A DNA stretch of 35,234 nt, taken from the IMG/VR virus record IMGVR_UViG_3300014656_006079, positions 1-35,234 of that record. One strand, given 5' to 3'. The DNA is from a virus. Taxonomy: Duplodnaviria; Caudoviricetes. Shown here piece by piece: positions 26,260-35,234 of the stretch. The notes below the pieces were generated by a model that was not told where the DNA came from, did no database searches, and saw only the letters and a list, made by a program, of their open reading frames with translations. The position numbers were made by a program, and so were the translations under genes. Position 1 is the first letter of the stretch. Each line of letters opens with the position of its first letter.

Positions 26260-28290
26260 TTACGCGCCGGGGTTCTTGTAGAAGGGGCGGTAGTCCAGGG
26301 CCTTGGCGGCGGCGTCGATGCGCACCTTGAGTTCGATGCCGTCGACCTCGAAGCCCATGCGCTGCTCCATGTAAGGCGTCTTCTGGCCGTTCAAGAAGAA
26401 CATCTTCACGGTCCTGCCCTTGGGGCCCAGCAGGTACCAGGCGGTGAGCGAGTCGTCGTCCAGGCGGGCGTCGTACACGCGGGTGAAGTAGTCGCCGAAG
26501 TAGATGTTGGCGAGGTTGGGCTTGTTGGCCACGCCGCCGATCTTGTCGGTTTTGAAGAACTGCTCCGCCACGCCCTCGATGCTGCGCGGGCCCAGGAAGA
26601 ACGTGGGCCGCAGGTTCAGCCTGCGCTTGCCCAGCAGGTCCTTGTGCAGGCCCATGGCCTTCACGCCGGCGCCCAGCGGAGTCACGTCGACGGCGGCGCC
26701 GCTGCTGGCCAGGTTGGCGTGGCTGGAGGTGTGGAACAGGGCCACGCCGTCGCCCGTGTTGGCGTTGGCGGTCAGCGCCGCATAGGCCAGGTCGCCCAGG
26801 CAACGCTGCACGGCCTCGCCCATGTCGCGGGGCACGTCGGACAGGGCGCCCAGGTCGTCATTGAGGATGGACTGGCGGGTGAACTTGATGATCTTGCCGA
26901 AGGTAAGCAGGCGCGCCTGTTCCTTGGTGTCGGCGGTCTTGCCGTACCTGAACTCGCCGTCCTCGCGCACTTCCTCCAGGTCGCTCGTCTCGCCACGGCG
27001 CACCAGGTCGGCCAGCTTGAAGTCGGCCAGAGAGCCGCTGGTGTCGCACCAAGCCTCGTAGGTCTCCGGCTGGGTTTCGTACCCGGCCATGAGGCTCTTG
27101 TTGGCCACGTTTCCCAGGATGTTCGGCAGGTCGCTGGTGGTCATGGCGCGTCCGATCATTTCCATCACGTTGTCGGGCACGGGCTGGCCCGCGCGCACCA
27201 GGCTTTCGCGGCACATTTCGCGCAGGGTGTAAGAGGCAAGGCCGGTGGCGCCGGGCACGGGATTCTCCACTTTGTGGCCCAGGCGGATGGACAGGCCATC
27301 CTGCGCGGCGGCACGGAACTTGTCGCGCTCGGTGGTGGTCACTTCCACCTGGAAGCCGGGGGCCTGGGTGCCGGAAGAGCGGCCCTGCAAAATGCCCAGC
27401 ACCTGGCGCTGCGCCTCGGCCACGCTGGTGCCGTCCTTGAGCAGTTCAGCGGCCAGGTCGCGGCAGCCGTGGGCCTCGCACAGAGCGGTGATCTCGGCGG
27501 TGCGGGTGCGTTCGTCGGCCACGGCCTGGCGGGTCAGCTCGTCGGGGTTGACGGGGGCGGGAGCGGCAGAAGCCGCAGGGGCCGGGGCGGGCGCAGCAGG
27601 AGCGCGCTTGGCGTCTTCGGCGGCCTTGACAATGGCGGCACGGACCTGGTCCTCGGTGGCGTCCTCGGGCAGGCCGAGCTCGCCGCGCATCTTGCGCAGG
27701 AACTCCTTGAGCATGATGTCTTCCTCCTGGTTGTTGGAATCCAAGGCCCTGGCCTTGGCCCTGTTGTCTGCCCCGATGGGGCAGGTGGACACTTCCTTGA
27801 GCTCCCATTCCGTGATCACCAGGCACGGCCCGGTGAAGCTGCGGCCACCGATGACGACGGTCTCGCCGTCGGCCACGGAAGTGGTGGCGAGGGGGCGGTA
27901 CCCGGCGGAGTAGTCCGTCAGGTGCCCCTCGTCCGTCTTGGTAAAGGCGTCGTCCGCCTCTTTGACCTTCGAGTAGCGTGCAAGGCCAAGCTGGTCTGCG
28001 CCGTCGATGCGGAAGTCGCGCACGCTGCCGAGCACCTTGGAAACGCTTTCGCGACTGTGGGTGTCCAGCAGCGGCACCTGGGTCACAGGGCGGCAACCGG
28101 ACATGAGCAGAATCTCCGGGACCAAACCAAGCTCCCAGTCCCAGACGCGCACAGTGTCGGTCTCTGTGGCCACGGTGATCTCAATGGTGCGGTTGTCCTT
28201 GTTGATGGTCTCCGGACGGCCCTCCGCATTTACGCGGAGGCGCAGCGACCGTGTGACCAATTCGTCTTTGTCGATTTTGCGAACTTTCAT
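26260..28290 (-). CDS. Prohead protease/scaffold-major capsid fusion
   Basis: PLLDTH, YSAGY, EVSTCPIGAD protease motifs; TTSDLPNIL, TRQSILNDDL, KVRIDAAAKALDYR capsid motifs. Confidence 0.93.
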   Translation of the reverse strand: MKVRKIDKDELVTRSLRLRVNAEGRPETINKDNRTIEITVATETDTVRVWDWELGLVPEILLMSGCRPVTQVPLLDTHSRESVSKVLGSVRDFRIDGADQLGLARYSKVKEADDAFTKTDEGHLTDYSAGYRPLATTSVADGETVVIGGRSFTGPCLVITEWELKEVSTCPIGADNRAKARALDSNNQEEDIMLKEFLRKMRGELGLPEDATEDQVRAAIVKAAEDAKRAPAAPAPAPAASAAPAPVNPDELTRQAVADERTRTAEITALCEAHGCRDLAAELLKDGTSVAEAQRQVLGILQGRSSGTQAPGFQVEVTTTERDKFRAAAQDGLSIRLGHKVENPVPGATGLASYTLREMCRESLVRAGQPVPDNVMEMIGRAMTTSDLPNILGNVANKSLMAGYETQPETYEAWCDTSGSLADFKLADLVRRGETSDLEEVREDGEFRYGKTADTKEQARLLTFGKIIKFTRQSILNDDLGALSDVPRDMGEAVQRCLGDLAYAALTANANTGDGVALFHTSSHANLASSGAAVDVTPLGAGVKAMGLHKDLLGKRRLNLRPTFFLGPRSIEGVAEQFFKTDKIGGVANKPNLANIYFGDYFTRVYDARLDDDSLTAWYLLGPKGRTVKMFFLNGQKTPYMEQRMGFEVDGIELKVRIDAAAKALDYRPFYKNPGA

Positions 28291-29855
28291 TGCAGCTCCT
28301 CCGTTGCGGCGTCAGCCGTGGGATCATCGGCGTCGTCTGGCGGGTCCAGGGCCGACTTGTCGTCCGGCGAGATTGCGGCGGGGTTGTTGGCCATGGCCGT
28401 CTTGACCGAGCCGAGCATGGCTTCGAAGTTGAGCCCCATCTCGGCGCAGGCCTGTTTCCAAGCCGAAATGTCGGACAAGACCTGGTCCGGGTCGCCGCCG
28501 CGCTCCATGATGTATTCCTGCGGGGAGCCCAGCCCGGCGCGGATGCGCTCGATGGCGGACTTGACCTCGCGCAGGGGGTCGACTTCCTTCATGCCGGGGC
28601 AGATCCACACGCCGCGCTGAAAGCCCCAAGGGTTGGCCCAGTAGCCGGGCAGGTCCAGGCGGCCCTGCAGCACGGCGCGGTCGAGCACCTTGCGGAAGAT
28701 GGGCTGGCAGAAGTGGCGCACGTGGCGTGATTGGATGGGCGCGAGCTGCTGGGCGAAGTCGTTGCGGCCAACGCGCAGGCTGATGTAGCCCATGCCGTTG
28801 TAATCGCCGCTGAGGATTTCGTAGGGAATGTCCGCCGTGATGGCGATGAGCCGCATGATGAACTTGCAGAAGCTCTGAAAGCTTTCGCCGCCGCGCTGGT
28901 GGCTCTGGATGCTGATTTCCTCGCCGGGGTTCAGATACTCGATGATGGCGTTTTCCAGCATCTCCAGCGGCTTGTTATCGGCACCGGGGGTGACGCGGTC
29001 TTTTTGGAAATTATCGACGTCCGGCGTTTTGACCACGGCCAACCATTTGCTGGCCAGTTTGGCCGCGTCGATCTCTGCGTCCATGGTCATGGCCAGGTCC
29101 CGCGCGAGCATGAGCGCCGGGGCGAACGGGGTGATGCCGCGCATCTGGGCCGGGCGGCGGCGGTCGAGCCCGAAGACAACGTCCTCTGCCGGAACGCGCA
29201 CGGTCTTGTAGATGAGAGTGTCTTCCACAAAGTGGAAGGCCAGGGGCGAGCCGGTGCGCGCGTCGTACTCAATGCCCTCGTGCACGAGGTTACCGTGCAG
29301 GGGCTTGACGTTCAGGCTGGCCAGGCGCTCGGACTCATACAGTGCGATGCCGGAATCGAGATAGGCCCTGCGCCCTTCGTGATGGGGCCGGAACACGGCA
29401 AAGCACTCGCCCTGCTCCACGTCCTGGCGCTTGGCCAGGGCCTGGAGCTCGAAGAAGTGCTGGCTGAAGGCGGCGGAGCCGGACACGTCCGCATCGTCCA
29501 TCCAGTGCTTGAGCGCGTCCTCGATGCGGGTGCGGAAAATCTTGTGAGGCTTGTTGTCTGGCCCGAGCACGCGGGACTGGAACTGGATGCCCGCGCCCAC
29601 CACGTAGGTTGTCAGGGCGTTGGCCGCGCGGGCAAAGGCCGGAAAGTCGCGCACCAGCTGGCGCGTGCGTTCACGCACCAGAGGCGCGGCCCTTGTGACC
29701 AGGGCGTTGACATCCGTGCCCACCGGGAACCAGTCACCCACCAGGCGGCCCATCTGGGCGGCGGCGTAGCGCTTGCGCAACTGCTGGGGACTGCGGCCCG
29801 AGGCGCGGAAGGCTTTTTGCGCAACGCGCAGGGCAAAGGCGAGGCGATCTAGCAT
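28287..29855 (-). CDS. Portal protein, lambda family
   Basis: RTRQLVRD, QMRGITPFAP, PYEILSGDY, VDPLREV. Confidence 0.93.
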   Translation of the reverse strand: MLDRLAFALRVAQKAFRASGRSPQQLRKRYAAAQMGRLVGDWFPVGTDVNALVTRAAPLVRERTRQLVRDFPAFARAANALTTYVVGAGIQFQSRVLGPDNKPHKIFRTRIEDALKHWMDDADVSGSAAFSQHFFELQALAKRQDVEQGECFAVFRPHHEGRRAYLDSGIALYESERLASLNVKPLHGNLVHEGIEYDARTGSPLAFHFVEDTLIYKTVRVPAEDVVFGLDRRRPAQMRGITPFAPALMLARDLAMTMDAEIDAAKLASKWLAVVKTPDVDNFQKDRVTPGADNKPLEMLENAIIEYLNPGEEISIQSHQRGGESFQSFCKFIMRLIAITADIPYEILSGDYNGMGYISLRVGRNDFAQQLAPIQSRHVRHFCQPIFRKVLDRAVLQGRLDLPGYWANPWGFQRGVWICPGMKEVDPLREVKSAIERIRAGLGSPQEYIMERGGDPDQVLSDISAWKQACAEMGLNFEAMLGSVKTAMANNPAAISPDDKSALDPPDDADDPTADAATEELQ

Positions 29856-30076
29856 CCGCGCCCCCCTTGCCCGGCATAGGTGCGCCTGGCGGGCGGACGC
29901 GAGGATTCCAGGGCGGCGCGCTGCTCCACGAACAGGAGCATGTCCTTGAACTCGGAGAAATCCCGGAAGGTGATTTTGGTGCCGTCGCATTCATAGGACT
30001 TTTGCGCGTGCATGCCGCTGGCGAAATCGCTCAGCAGCTGCTGCTTCAAAGCCGTCCATGTGGTGAATGCCGCCAT
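29849..30076 (-). CDS. Head-to-tail adaptor, gpW-like
   Basis: 75 aa directly before portal; KSYECDGTKITFR. Confidence 0.75.
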   Translation of the reverse strand: MAAFTTWTALKQQLLSDFASGMHAQKSYECDGTKITFRDFSEFKDMLLFVEQRAALESSRPPARRTYAGQGGRGC

Positions 30077-30079
30077 CGT

Positions 30080-30108
30080 GCCTCCGGTAATCTGGTGCTA
30101 CCGGAGGC
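30080..30108 (-). promoter_or_regulatory. Hairpin containing the gpW Shine-Dalgarno
   Basis: GCCTCCGGTA-N9-TACCGGAGGC, 3 nt before the ATG. Confidence 0.6.
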
Positions 30109-30180
30109 CAGCGTAAGGCCTGTTTTTGGCGAATCTGGACTTTACTGATATTTACGGGCCAGGGTGGCAACATTCCCGGC

Positions 30181-30214
30181 GCAAGGTAAGTTTTTCCGCT
30201 TGACCTTACCTTGC
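30181..30214. promoter_or_regulatory. Perfect dyad GCAAGGTAAG-N14-CTTACCTTGC upstream of head genes
   Basis: 10-bp perfect inverted repeat in intergenic DNA. Confidence 0.65.
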
Positions 30215-30222
30215 CCCTGGCT

Positions 30223-30268
30223 TGAAAAGCAAAGCGCCCAGAAATCTGGTTGGACTTCGGCGCGCTTT
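30223..30268 (-). terminator. Probable terminator of the moron gene
   Basis: AAAGCGC...GCGCTTT imperfect stem followed by GCTTTTC on the minus strand. Confidence 0.5.
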
Positions 30269-30289
30269 GGCGGGTGGATTTGAGGCGGA

Positions 30290-30778
30290 TTATCTCAAGC
30301 GAATGTTGACGCCGTCTTTTGCCTTCTCGGCGCAGACATCACACAGCAATATCTTTTCGCTTCCAAGCCTGAAAGCGTGGCAGTTGATTACTCGATGGTT
30401 CAGACTATCGAGTCGACCGACGGCAAACCTGAACAGCCCAGGTTCAAGGGTGACCTTGTTGAACTCGCAGTCCAGGTTGGCGCAGGCCTTTCGTGGTAGG
30501 CTGGCCTCATGCGTGGGCATCGGCACAGCGCGGTCTTGCTCCTTGTCCCAGTACATCATGGTTCCGGCTGGGATTAATGTTTCAGCCTCAAAAGACCAGA
30601 GCTTGATCGATCCGGTAATGGAGTATCCCGTTGAATTTTCCCAGGTCCGCAAACGGCTCATGAGCTCAAGGTCTTCACCCTTTGCGCCGATCTCTTGCAA
30701 CGTCTTTCCAGAATTTTTGCACCGGTCAAGCAGTGCTTTGATGCGCACAATTTCCCCTGGTTCGAATATGCTTTCCAT
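30290..30778 (-). CDS. Low-GC hypothetical protein (moron), possible Zn binder
   Basis: 30541-30600 counts 29/60 GC; CANLDC...CDVC; RBS GGGGAG. Confidence 0.75.
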   Translation of the reverse strand: MESIFEPGEIVRIKALLDRCKNSGKTLQEIGAKGEDLELMSRLRTWENSTGYSITGSIKLWSFEAETLIPAGTMMYWDKEQDRAVPMPTHEASLPRKACANLDCEFNKVTLEPGLFRFAVGRLDSLNHRVINCHAFRLGSEKILLCDVCAEKAKDGVNIRLR

Positions 30779-30868
30779 GATCTCCCCCTCTGTACGGTTC
30801 GTTCATATCCCCGATCCACAGCCTGGCGCAAGAGGTGCGGCGAGCCACAGTCAGCACCGGGGCAAAGC

Positions 30869-31099
30869 TTACCTTGCCCGCTCGCGCAAATACTCGTCGC
30901 GTGCGCCAGCCACTATCCTCTGGCGGCGCCAGTCGTCGATGAGCGACTTGTCGCTTTCCCACACGCCGCCGATTTTGCTTGCGGGCAGACCTTCAAGCCT
31001 AATCCAGTCCAGGACTGTCTTCTCGCTCCTGCCCACATAGGTGCAAATCGCCGTCATGCCGCTCAAGGCCGTGCTGCTTGTCGTCGCTTCGGCTACCAT
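30869..31099 (-). CDS. Small excisionase-type HTH DNA-binding protein
   Basis: LSGMTAICTYVGRSEKTVLDWIRLEGLPASKIGGVW; overlaps terL stop. Confidence 0.85.
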   Translation of the reverse strand: MVAEATTSSTALSGMTAICTYVGRSEKTVLDWIRLEGLPASKIGGVWESDKSLIDDWRRQRIVAGARDEYLRERAR

Positions 31100-33051
31100 C
31101 TTGTACTCCTCCCTGCCTGTTGCTGTTGCTGTGGCTTTTTCACCTGTTGTTTCACTTCCTGCCCCGGCCTGGGCCGGTGCTTGATCCTGCGCACGTCCGC
31201 CGCAACAAGGTTGTAGACGCTGCAATCCCAGCCGTGGTTGGGCTTGTGGTCCGGGCAGTGCCACAGGCTGTCGTCGCCCACGAACTCTGCCGTCATCATG
31301 CGGGCCCAGGCCTCGGTGCAGTTGGCCAGCAAATGCCACGCGCCGGGGTCAGCCGGGGCGATCTCGAGCAGGCTGGACAGACGGTTCTTGTAATAGTTCA
31401 CGTCCGCGCGCAGCAGCTGCAAGCCGCCGGGGATGATCTTCTTTTTGCCGCCCTTGGTGGGGTAGTATTCCAGCGGGGTGAAGTCGAAGGGCTGGCGCAT
31501 CCTTGCCTCGCCCTTGAACGGGTACACGCGGCCCTTGTTGCGGCGCGCCCACTCGTACACTTCGTAAGTCTGGTGGCCCATGGCGTCGATGACGGCCAGC
31601 TCCACCACGTGCACGTTGCCCTCGGCGTCGGTGATGGGCTCGTCCCAGAGCACGGTGTCCAGGGCCTCGAAGGTGGTGACGAACCCGGCGCGCACCTGCC
31701 AGGACTCCTGCTCCAGCCCGTAGCCCCAGGCCCGCACCTCGTACTGCCAGCCGTTGTCCTGGGTGTCGATTCCGGCGGTGATCCCGGCGATGCGTTCGCC
31801 TCCGGGCACGGTGCCCTCTGGCCGTTCGTCGCGCAGTTTCAAGATGCGCTCCTCGGTGCGTTCCTGGTGGAAGTCGACCCAGGGCTCAGCCTTGATGCCG
31901 TTCATGAAGTCGCGCATCTCCACCTTGTCCGCAAGCCCGCGCAAAAACTGCGCCGCGCATTTGGACAGCGAGACAAAGGGCGATATCCAGGCCGAGATGT
32001 GAAACCCAACCTTGGCCGGACGCTTGAGGTTCAGGCTAGCCATGAGCTCATAGCCTTCCTCGTCGCGCCACTCGCCCAAGCGCACGGCCTTGTTCCGCAG
32101 GGCGTCGGTCCACTGGCCCTGGCAGTGCTCGCACTCGTACCAGGCCAGGCGGTTGGCCTGGATGGTCTCCGGGTTGCGCTCGTCCGCCGGGAACTTGATG
32201 CCGCCGGGCCGGGGGTCGTCCGTCTCGCCGCCGAAGCGCATGAGCTGCCAGCAGCCGCACAGCGGGCAGCGCACCCAGTAGTGGTAGATCTCCTGCGCTT
32301 CTTTCTTGAGCGCCTGCCAAATGGCCCCGGACTCAATGGTGGGCGTGCTGATCTTCCATTCCTTGTAGTCGTCCTCATAGGTTGTGGTGCGCTTCTCGGC
32401 CAGCAGGATTGGGGACGTCTCTTTTTTCCCCGGCGGCGGGTACTTGTCGATCTCGTCCAACACCAGGTACTTGATGGGCTTGTTGGCCAGGCCTGCGGCG
32501 CTGCTGGCCCAGGCCAGGTAGATGGCCATGTGCTGCAGGTTGATCTCCAGGGTGGCCATGTCGTCCTGATAGCCCGTGGCATACTCATTCAGGCGCGGGG
32601 TGTCGGTGATCATCTTCTGGATGCGTGCCGTGGAGTTGTGCCGGGCCGTGATCTCGTCCGGGTAGACGTACAGGGCGGGCGCCGGGTCGCAGTCGATGGC
32701 GTAGCCGATGCAGTTGTTGACGGCCTCACTCATGCCGACCTGGGGGGGCTTGCAGCAGATGACCACGCGCACGGACGGGTGCCACGAGGCGTCCATGATG
32801 CCGGTCAGGTATGGCGTGGTCTCGTTGCGCCACGGGCCCGGGCGGCTGGACATGGTGACCACTCTGTGCTGCGCGGCCCAGCGGGAGCAGCGCATTCCCC
32901 GGCGCGACTTCCATACCTTGCGCTCGCCCTGGTAGAGCTTGACCTCGCGGCGCACGGGCCAGCCCTCGGGCCGCATGGAGGCCGGGAGGGTCAGCACCAC
33001 GGGGCCGACGGGGATGTGGGCCAGGGCGGCTGGCTGCGGGGTCAGGAGCAC
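31093..33051 (-). CDS. terL: Terminase large subunit (GpA family)
   Basis: KPPQVGMSE Walker A, LVLDEID, ISTPT, CPLC/CEHC, GIDTQ, NHGWDC; GTG start after AGGAGG. Confidence 0.95.
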   Translation of the reverse strand: MLLTPQPAALAHIPVGPVVLTLPASMRPEGWPVRREVKLYQGERKVWKSRRGMRCSRWAAQHRVVTMSSRPGPWRNETTPYLTGIMDASWHPSVRVVICCKPPQVGMSEAVNNCIGYAIDCDPAPALYVYPDEITARHNSTARIQKMITDTPRLNEYATGYQDDMATLEINLQHMAIYLAWASSAAGLANKPIKYLVLDEIDKYPPPGKKETSPILLAEKRTTTYEDDYKEWKISTPTIESGAIWQALKKEAQEIYHYWVRCPLCGCWQLMRFGGETDDPRPGGIKFPADERNPETIQANRLAWYECEHCQGQWTDALRNKAVRLGEWRDEEGYELMASLNLKRPAKVGFHISAWISPFVSLSKCAAQFLRGLADKVEMRDFMNGIKAEPWVDFHQERTEERILKLRDERPEGTVPGGERIAGITAGIDTQDNGWQYEVRAWGYGLEQESWQVRAGFVTTFEALDTVLWDEPITDAEGNVHVVELAVIDAMGHQTYEVYEWARRNKGRVYPFKGEARMRQPFDFTPLEYYPTKGGKKKIIPGGLQLLRADVNYYKNRLSSLLEIAPADPGAWHLLANCTEAWARMMTAEFVGDDSLWHCPDHKPNHGWDCSVYNLVAADVRRIKHRPRPGQEVKQQVKKPQQQQQAGRSTRW

Positions 33052-33560
33052 TGGCCGGCCTCCTGTTCTTGCGGCCAGGGGATGGGCTTGCCGTAGTGGT
33101 CGAGCGGCGTCACCTCGGCGCAGGGAACCCACCCCACCCCGCCGGACATGCAGATCATCCACTGGCCGCTGTAGGCGCGGATGGGCGAGGACTTGGCGAA
33201 GCACTGCACGGCGTGGGGCAGCGCGTCCAGGTCTGGGTCCGGCAGGGGCGCTTTCCAGCGGCAGCGGGAACCCTCGTGCAGCAGGGGATGTGGCGCGGGC
33301 TGGTTTTCCAGCGGGTTGGCCTGGCCCAGGATCTCCGCGCCAAGCATACAGAGCACGTCGGGGAGGTGGTAGAACACAAGCCCGGACTGACCCTCCGGCA
33401 CGAACCTGCCGCCGTGGATGCCGCCCTTGCGCACGCGGTGCACGCCCGGCCCGGCCATGGGGTCAGCCCACTGCTCGGACGCGAAGAGTTCCAGCTTCAC
33501 GGTGGGCTTGCCTGATTTTTTGAGCAAGATTATGGTTTCTGCTTCGCGCTGTTCTGCCAT
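33042..33560 (-). CDS. Hypothetical protein between terminase subunits
   Basis: ORF fills the gap and overlaps terL start. Confidence 0.7.
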   Translation of the reverse strand: MAEQREAETIILLKKSGKPTVKLELFASEQWADPMAGPGVHRVRKGGIHGGRFVPEGQSGLVFYHLPDVLCMLGAEILGQANPLENQPAPHPLLHEGSRCRWKAPLPDPDLDALPHAVQCFAKSSPIRAYSGQWMICMSGGVGWVPCAEVTPLDHYGKPIPWPQEQEAGQCS

Positions 33561-33574
33561 ACTTTTCGGGCAAG

Positions 33575-34213
33575 CTAGCTGCCCGCCTCCGTGGTCATCG
33601 ACTTGATAGCATCGATCAAAATCTCCCGTGTCCCTTCATCCTCCGCCTCTTCCTCCGGCCCATCGAACACCAGCACCACGCCGTCAGCCCTTGCGTAGTC
33701 GTCGAGCACGCGTTCCAGGCCTTCCAGCACCACTCGCAGCAGGTCGGGGCTGCGGCGCGGATCACCCCCCACCAGGCTGACCCACTCGCCAACACTGCCA
33801 GTTGCCTGCTGCTTCAAACCCGTCTTGAGCATCACGGCGCGGGCGGCCAGGTCCTGGGCAACGGTGTTTTTCAGCACCCACTTACCCTCCTCCACCTCGC
33901 GCTTGCGCCTGGCCAGCAGCGTCTGCTCGCGCAGCAGTTCCTCGCGCGCGCTCAAAAGCTGGCGTTGCTGCACCGCCGCATTCTCGCTCTTCTTAAGCCC
34001 GGTCGCCTTTTGCTTCAGGAATGTTTCGGCGTATCTCTTAACAGCGTCCCGGGTGAATATTCCGTCGCTATTCGGGCGTAGCTTTCCTTCGCTCCTGTGG
34101 CGGTAAACGCTTTTCGTACCGACGAACCCCTCATCTTCGATGTACCGGATAACATCCTGGATGCTGGTGAAGCCGCCGGGCGCGGGGGGGGCCTGGGTTG
34201 TGGCGGTGGTCAT
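33575..34213 (-). CDS. Putative terminase small subunit
   Basis: N-terminal winged-HTH-like region, coiled coil, EEGKWV..., upstream of terL. Confidence 0.65.
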   Translation of the reverse strand: MTTATTQAPPAPGGFTSIQDVIRYIEDEGFVGTKSVYRHRSEGKLRPNSDGIFTRDAVKRYAETFLKQKATGLKKSENAAVQQRQLLSAREELLREQTLLARRKREVEEGKWVLKNTVAQDLAARAVMLKTGLKQQATGSVGEWVSLVGGDPRRSPDLLRVVLEGLERVLDDYARADGVVLVFDGPEEEAEDEGTREILIDAIKSMTTEAGS

Positions 34214-34346
34214 ACAGGAAGCTCCCCAAAAATGATTACGTGAGGAAATGCGAAGCTCACCCACAGGTAATTGTTAACTTCAAAAAAATATGGGTATATC
34301 CAATACATATGCACTTCAAAATCAATGCAGCACCAAAAATACCGGT

Positions 34347-35234
34347 TCACTGCCCCACCCCCAATATTTCCGCCGTCACCTCATCCCGCCCCTGGTCCCT
34401 GAGCCAGGCGGCCAGGTCGTCGGGGATGAGGTAGATGATCTCCTCCAGCGCGCCTTGCGCCGTGCCCTCGCCAGCATGGGGCAGCAGCAAGCCCCCGCTC
34501 TCCGGCTTGCGCAGGGTGATGCCGTGGGCAGCCATGTGCCGCGCCAGCCGCCCGGCCACCGTGGCCAGGTGCGCAGGAACATCAAGCCGCGCGCACCCCT
34601 CAACCACCACACCAACAGCGCATGGTCCGACGGTCGCCACAGGATACACCTCAAGACGCATCACAGGAGGCAGCCCAGCGGTCACCCAGGCCGCAATGTC
34701 GCAGCCCTCGTGGTAGGCATCGCCGGGATCTTTGCCTTGCGGCACAGGCCAGCGCTCCGCGCGTGGGTACCGCTCGGTCCACCAGCCGTACACACGGCGA
34801 AGGTTCACGGCCTTCTTGGGGTCGGCGTCCATATCCACCGGCTCAAAGTCCAGGGCCACAAGCACGGCCAGGGCGCGCTCGAGCAGCTCGTCCGTGGCCG
34901 CGTCGGGCTTGTGGGCCAGGGAGCCCAGGGCAACCCCGCCGGCCTTGTGGCCGATCTGCTCGGACACGAGCATGGCGTCGAGCTCCGCCTCCACGACGAC
35001 AAAAGCCTTGGCGCCGGGGTCGGTGACGAGTGTGTGCCGGGTGGATCCTGGCAGCACGATGTATTTGCTGTCGCCCTCGCGCAGGTGTTCCTTGGGTCGG
35101 CGCACGCGGATGCGCACAGGGTTTGCCGTCTCGCCCGGGGCGAACACCGGGATGACCAAGCCACGCGGGATCCACAGCTTCTTGGGCGTCTTGCCGTCTT
35201 CCTTCAGATCCTCGGGCAGGCCCCAGGTGGCGCG
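34347..35234 (-). CDS. DNA primase, TOPRIM C-terminal part (5' end outside window)
   Basis: Frame open to window edge; LWIPRGLVIP, VVEAELDA, VALDF, GKDPGD. Confidence 0.85.
   Translation of the reverse strand, partial: RATWGLPEDLKEDGKTPKKLWIPRGLVIPVFAPGETANPVRIRVRRPKEHLREGDSKYIVLPGSTRHTLVTDPGAKAFVVVEAELDAMLVSEQIGHKAGGVALGSLAHKPDAATDELLERALAVLVALDFEPVDMDADPKKAVNLRRVYGWWTERYPRAERWPVPQGKDPGDAYHEGCDIAAWVTAGLPPVMRLEVYPVATVGPCAVGVVVEGCARLDVPAHLATVAGRLARHMAAHGITLRKPESGGLLLPHAGEGTAQGALEEIIYLIPDDLAAWLRDQGRDEVTAEILGVGQ

Larger units (their letters stand above)
1..35234. mobile_element. Temperate siphophage/prophage, incomplete at right edge; att sites not visible
   Basis: Integrase, cI/cro switch, GpA terminase, portal, capsid, lysis, tape measure and tail tip genes; no sheath or baseplate wedge genes. 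Confidence 0.96.

Noticed and set aside
27545-27605. Pro/Ala repeat in the capsid fusion
   Set aside because: Ordinary scaffold linker
21437-33096. Long + strand ORFs of 522, 658, 373 and 672 aa
   Set aside because: Mirror the tube, capsid, portal and terminase genes; no independent evidence
1-35234. CRISPR array, tRNA, rRNA, IS element, att core
   Set aside because: None recognised by eye; att would lie outside the window

Overview
The whole window is a high-GC temperate siphophage (prophage), truncated at the right edge inside a primase gene. The host looks Desulfovibrio-like, judged only from remembered protein families. Order: integrase (+) converging on xis; a leftward early operon (cro, cII, small genes, xis); a short cI (+) followed by a four-gene accessory cassette that includes a PDZ-M48 lipoprotein protease; a terminator; then one long minus-strand run (primase, terS, terL, HTH gene, low-GC moron, gpW, portal, protease-capsid fusion, DUF2190, a transferase-like gene, lysis cassette, tail genes, TraR). 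Most notable: (1) a dyad motif GCAAGGTAAG-N14-CTTACCTTGC that recurs at the cII start and around the post-terminase HTH/head-gene leader, suggesting a CII-type regulon; (2) an envelope-protease cassette beside a cI with no autocleavage domain; (3) int splitting the early operon from the replication genes; (4) a methyltransferase/membrane-protein chimera and a 1-bp frameshifted gene; (5) five copies of one beta-rich module inserted in the tail tube and tail tip proteins. All calls are by eye; no searches were run.
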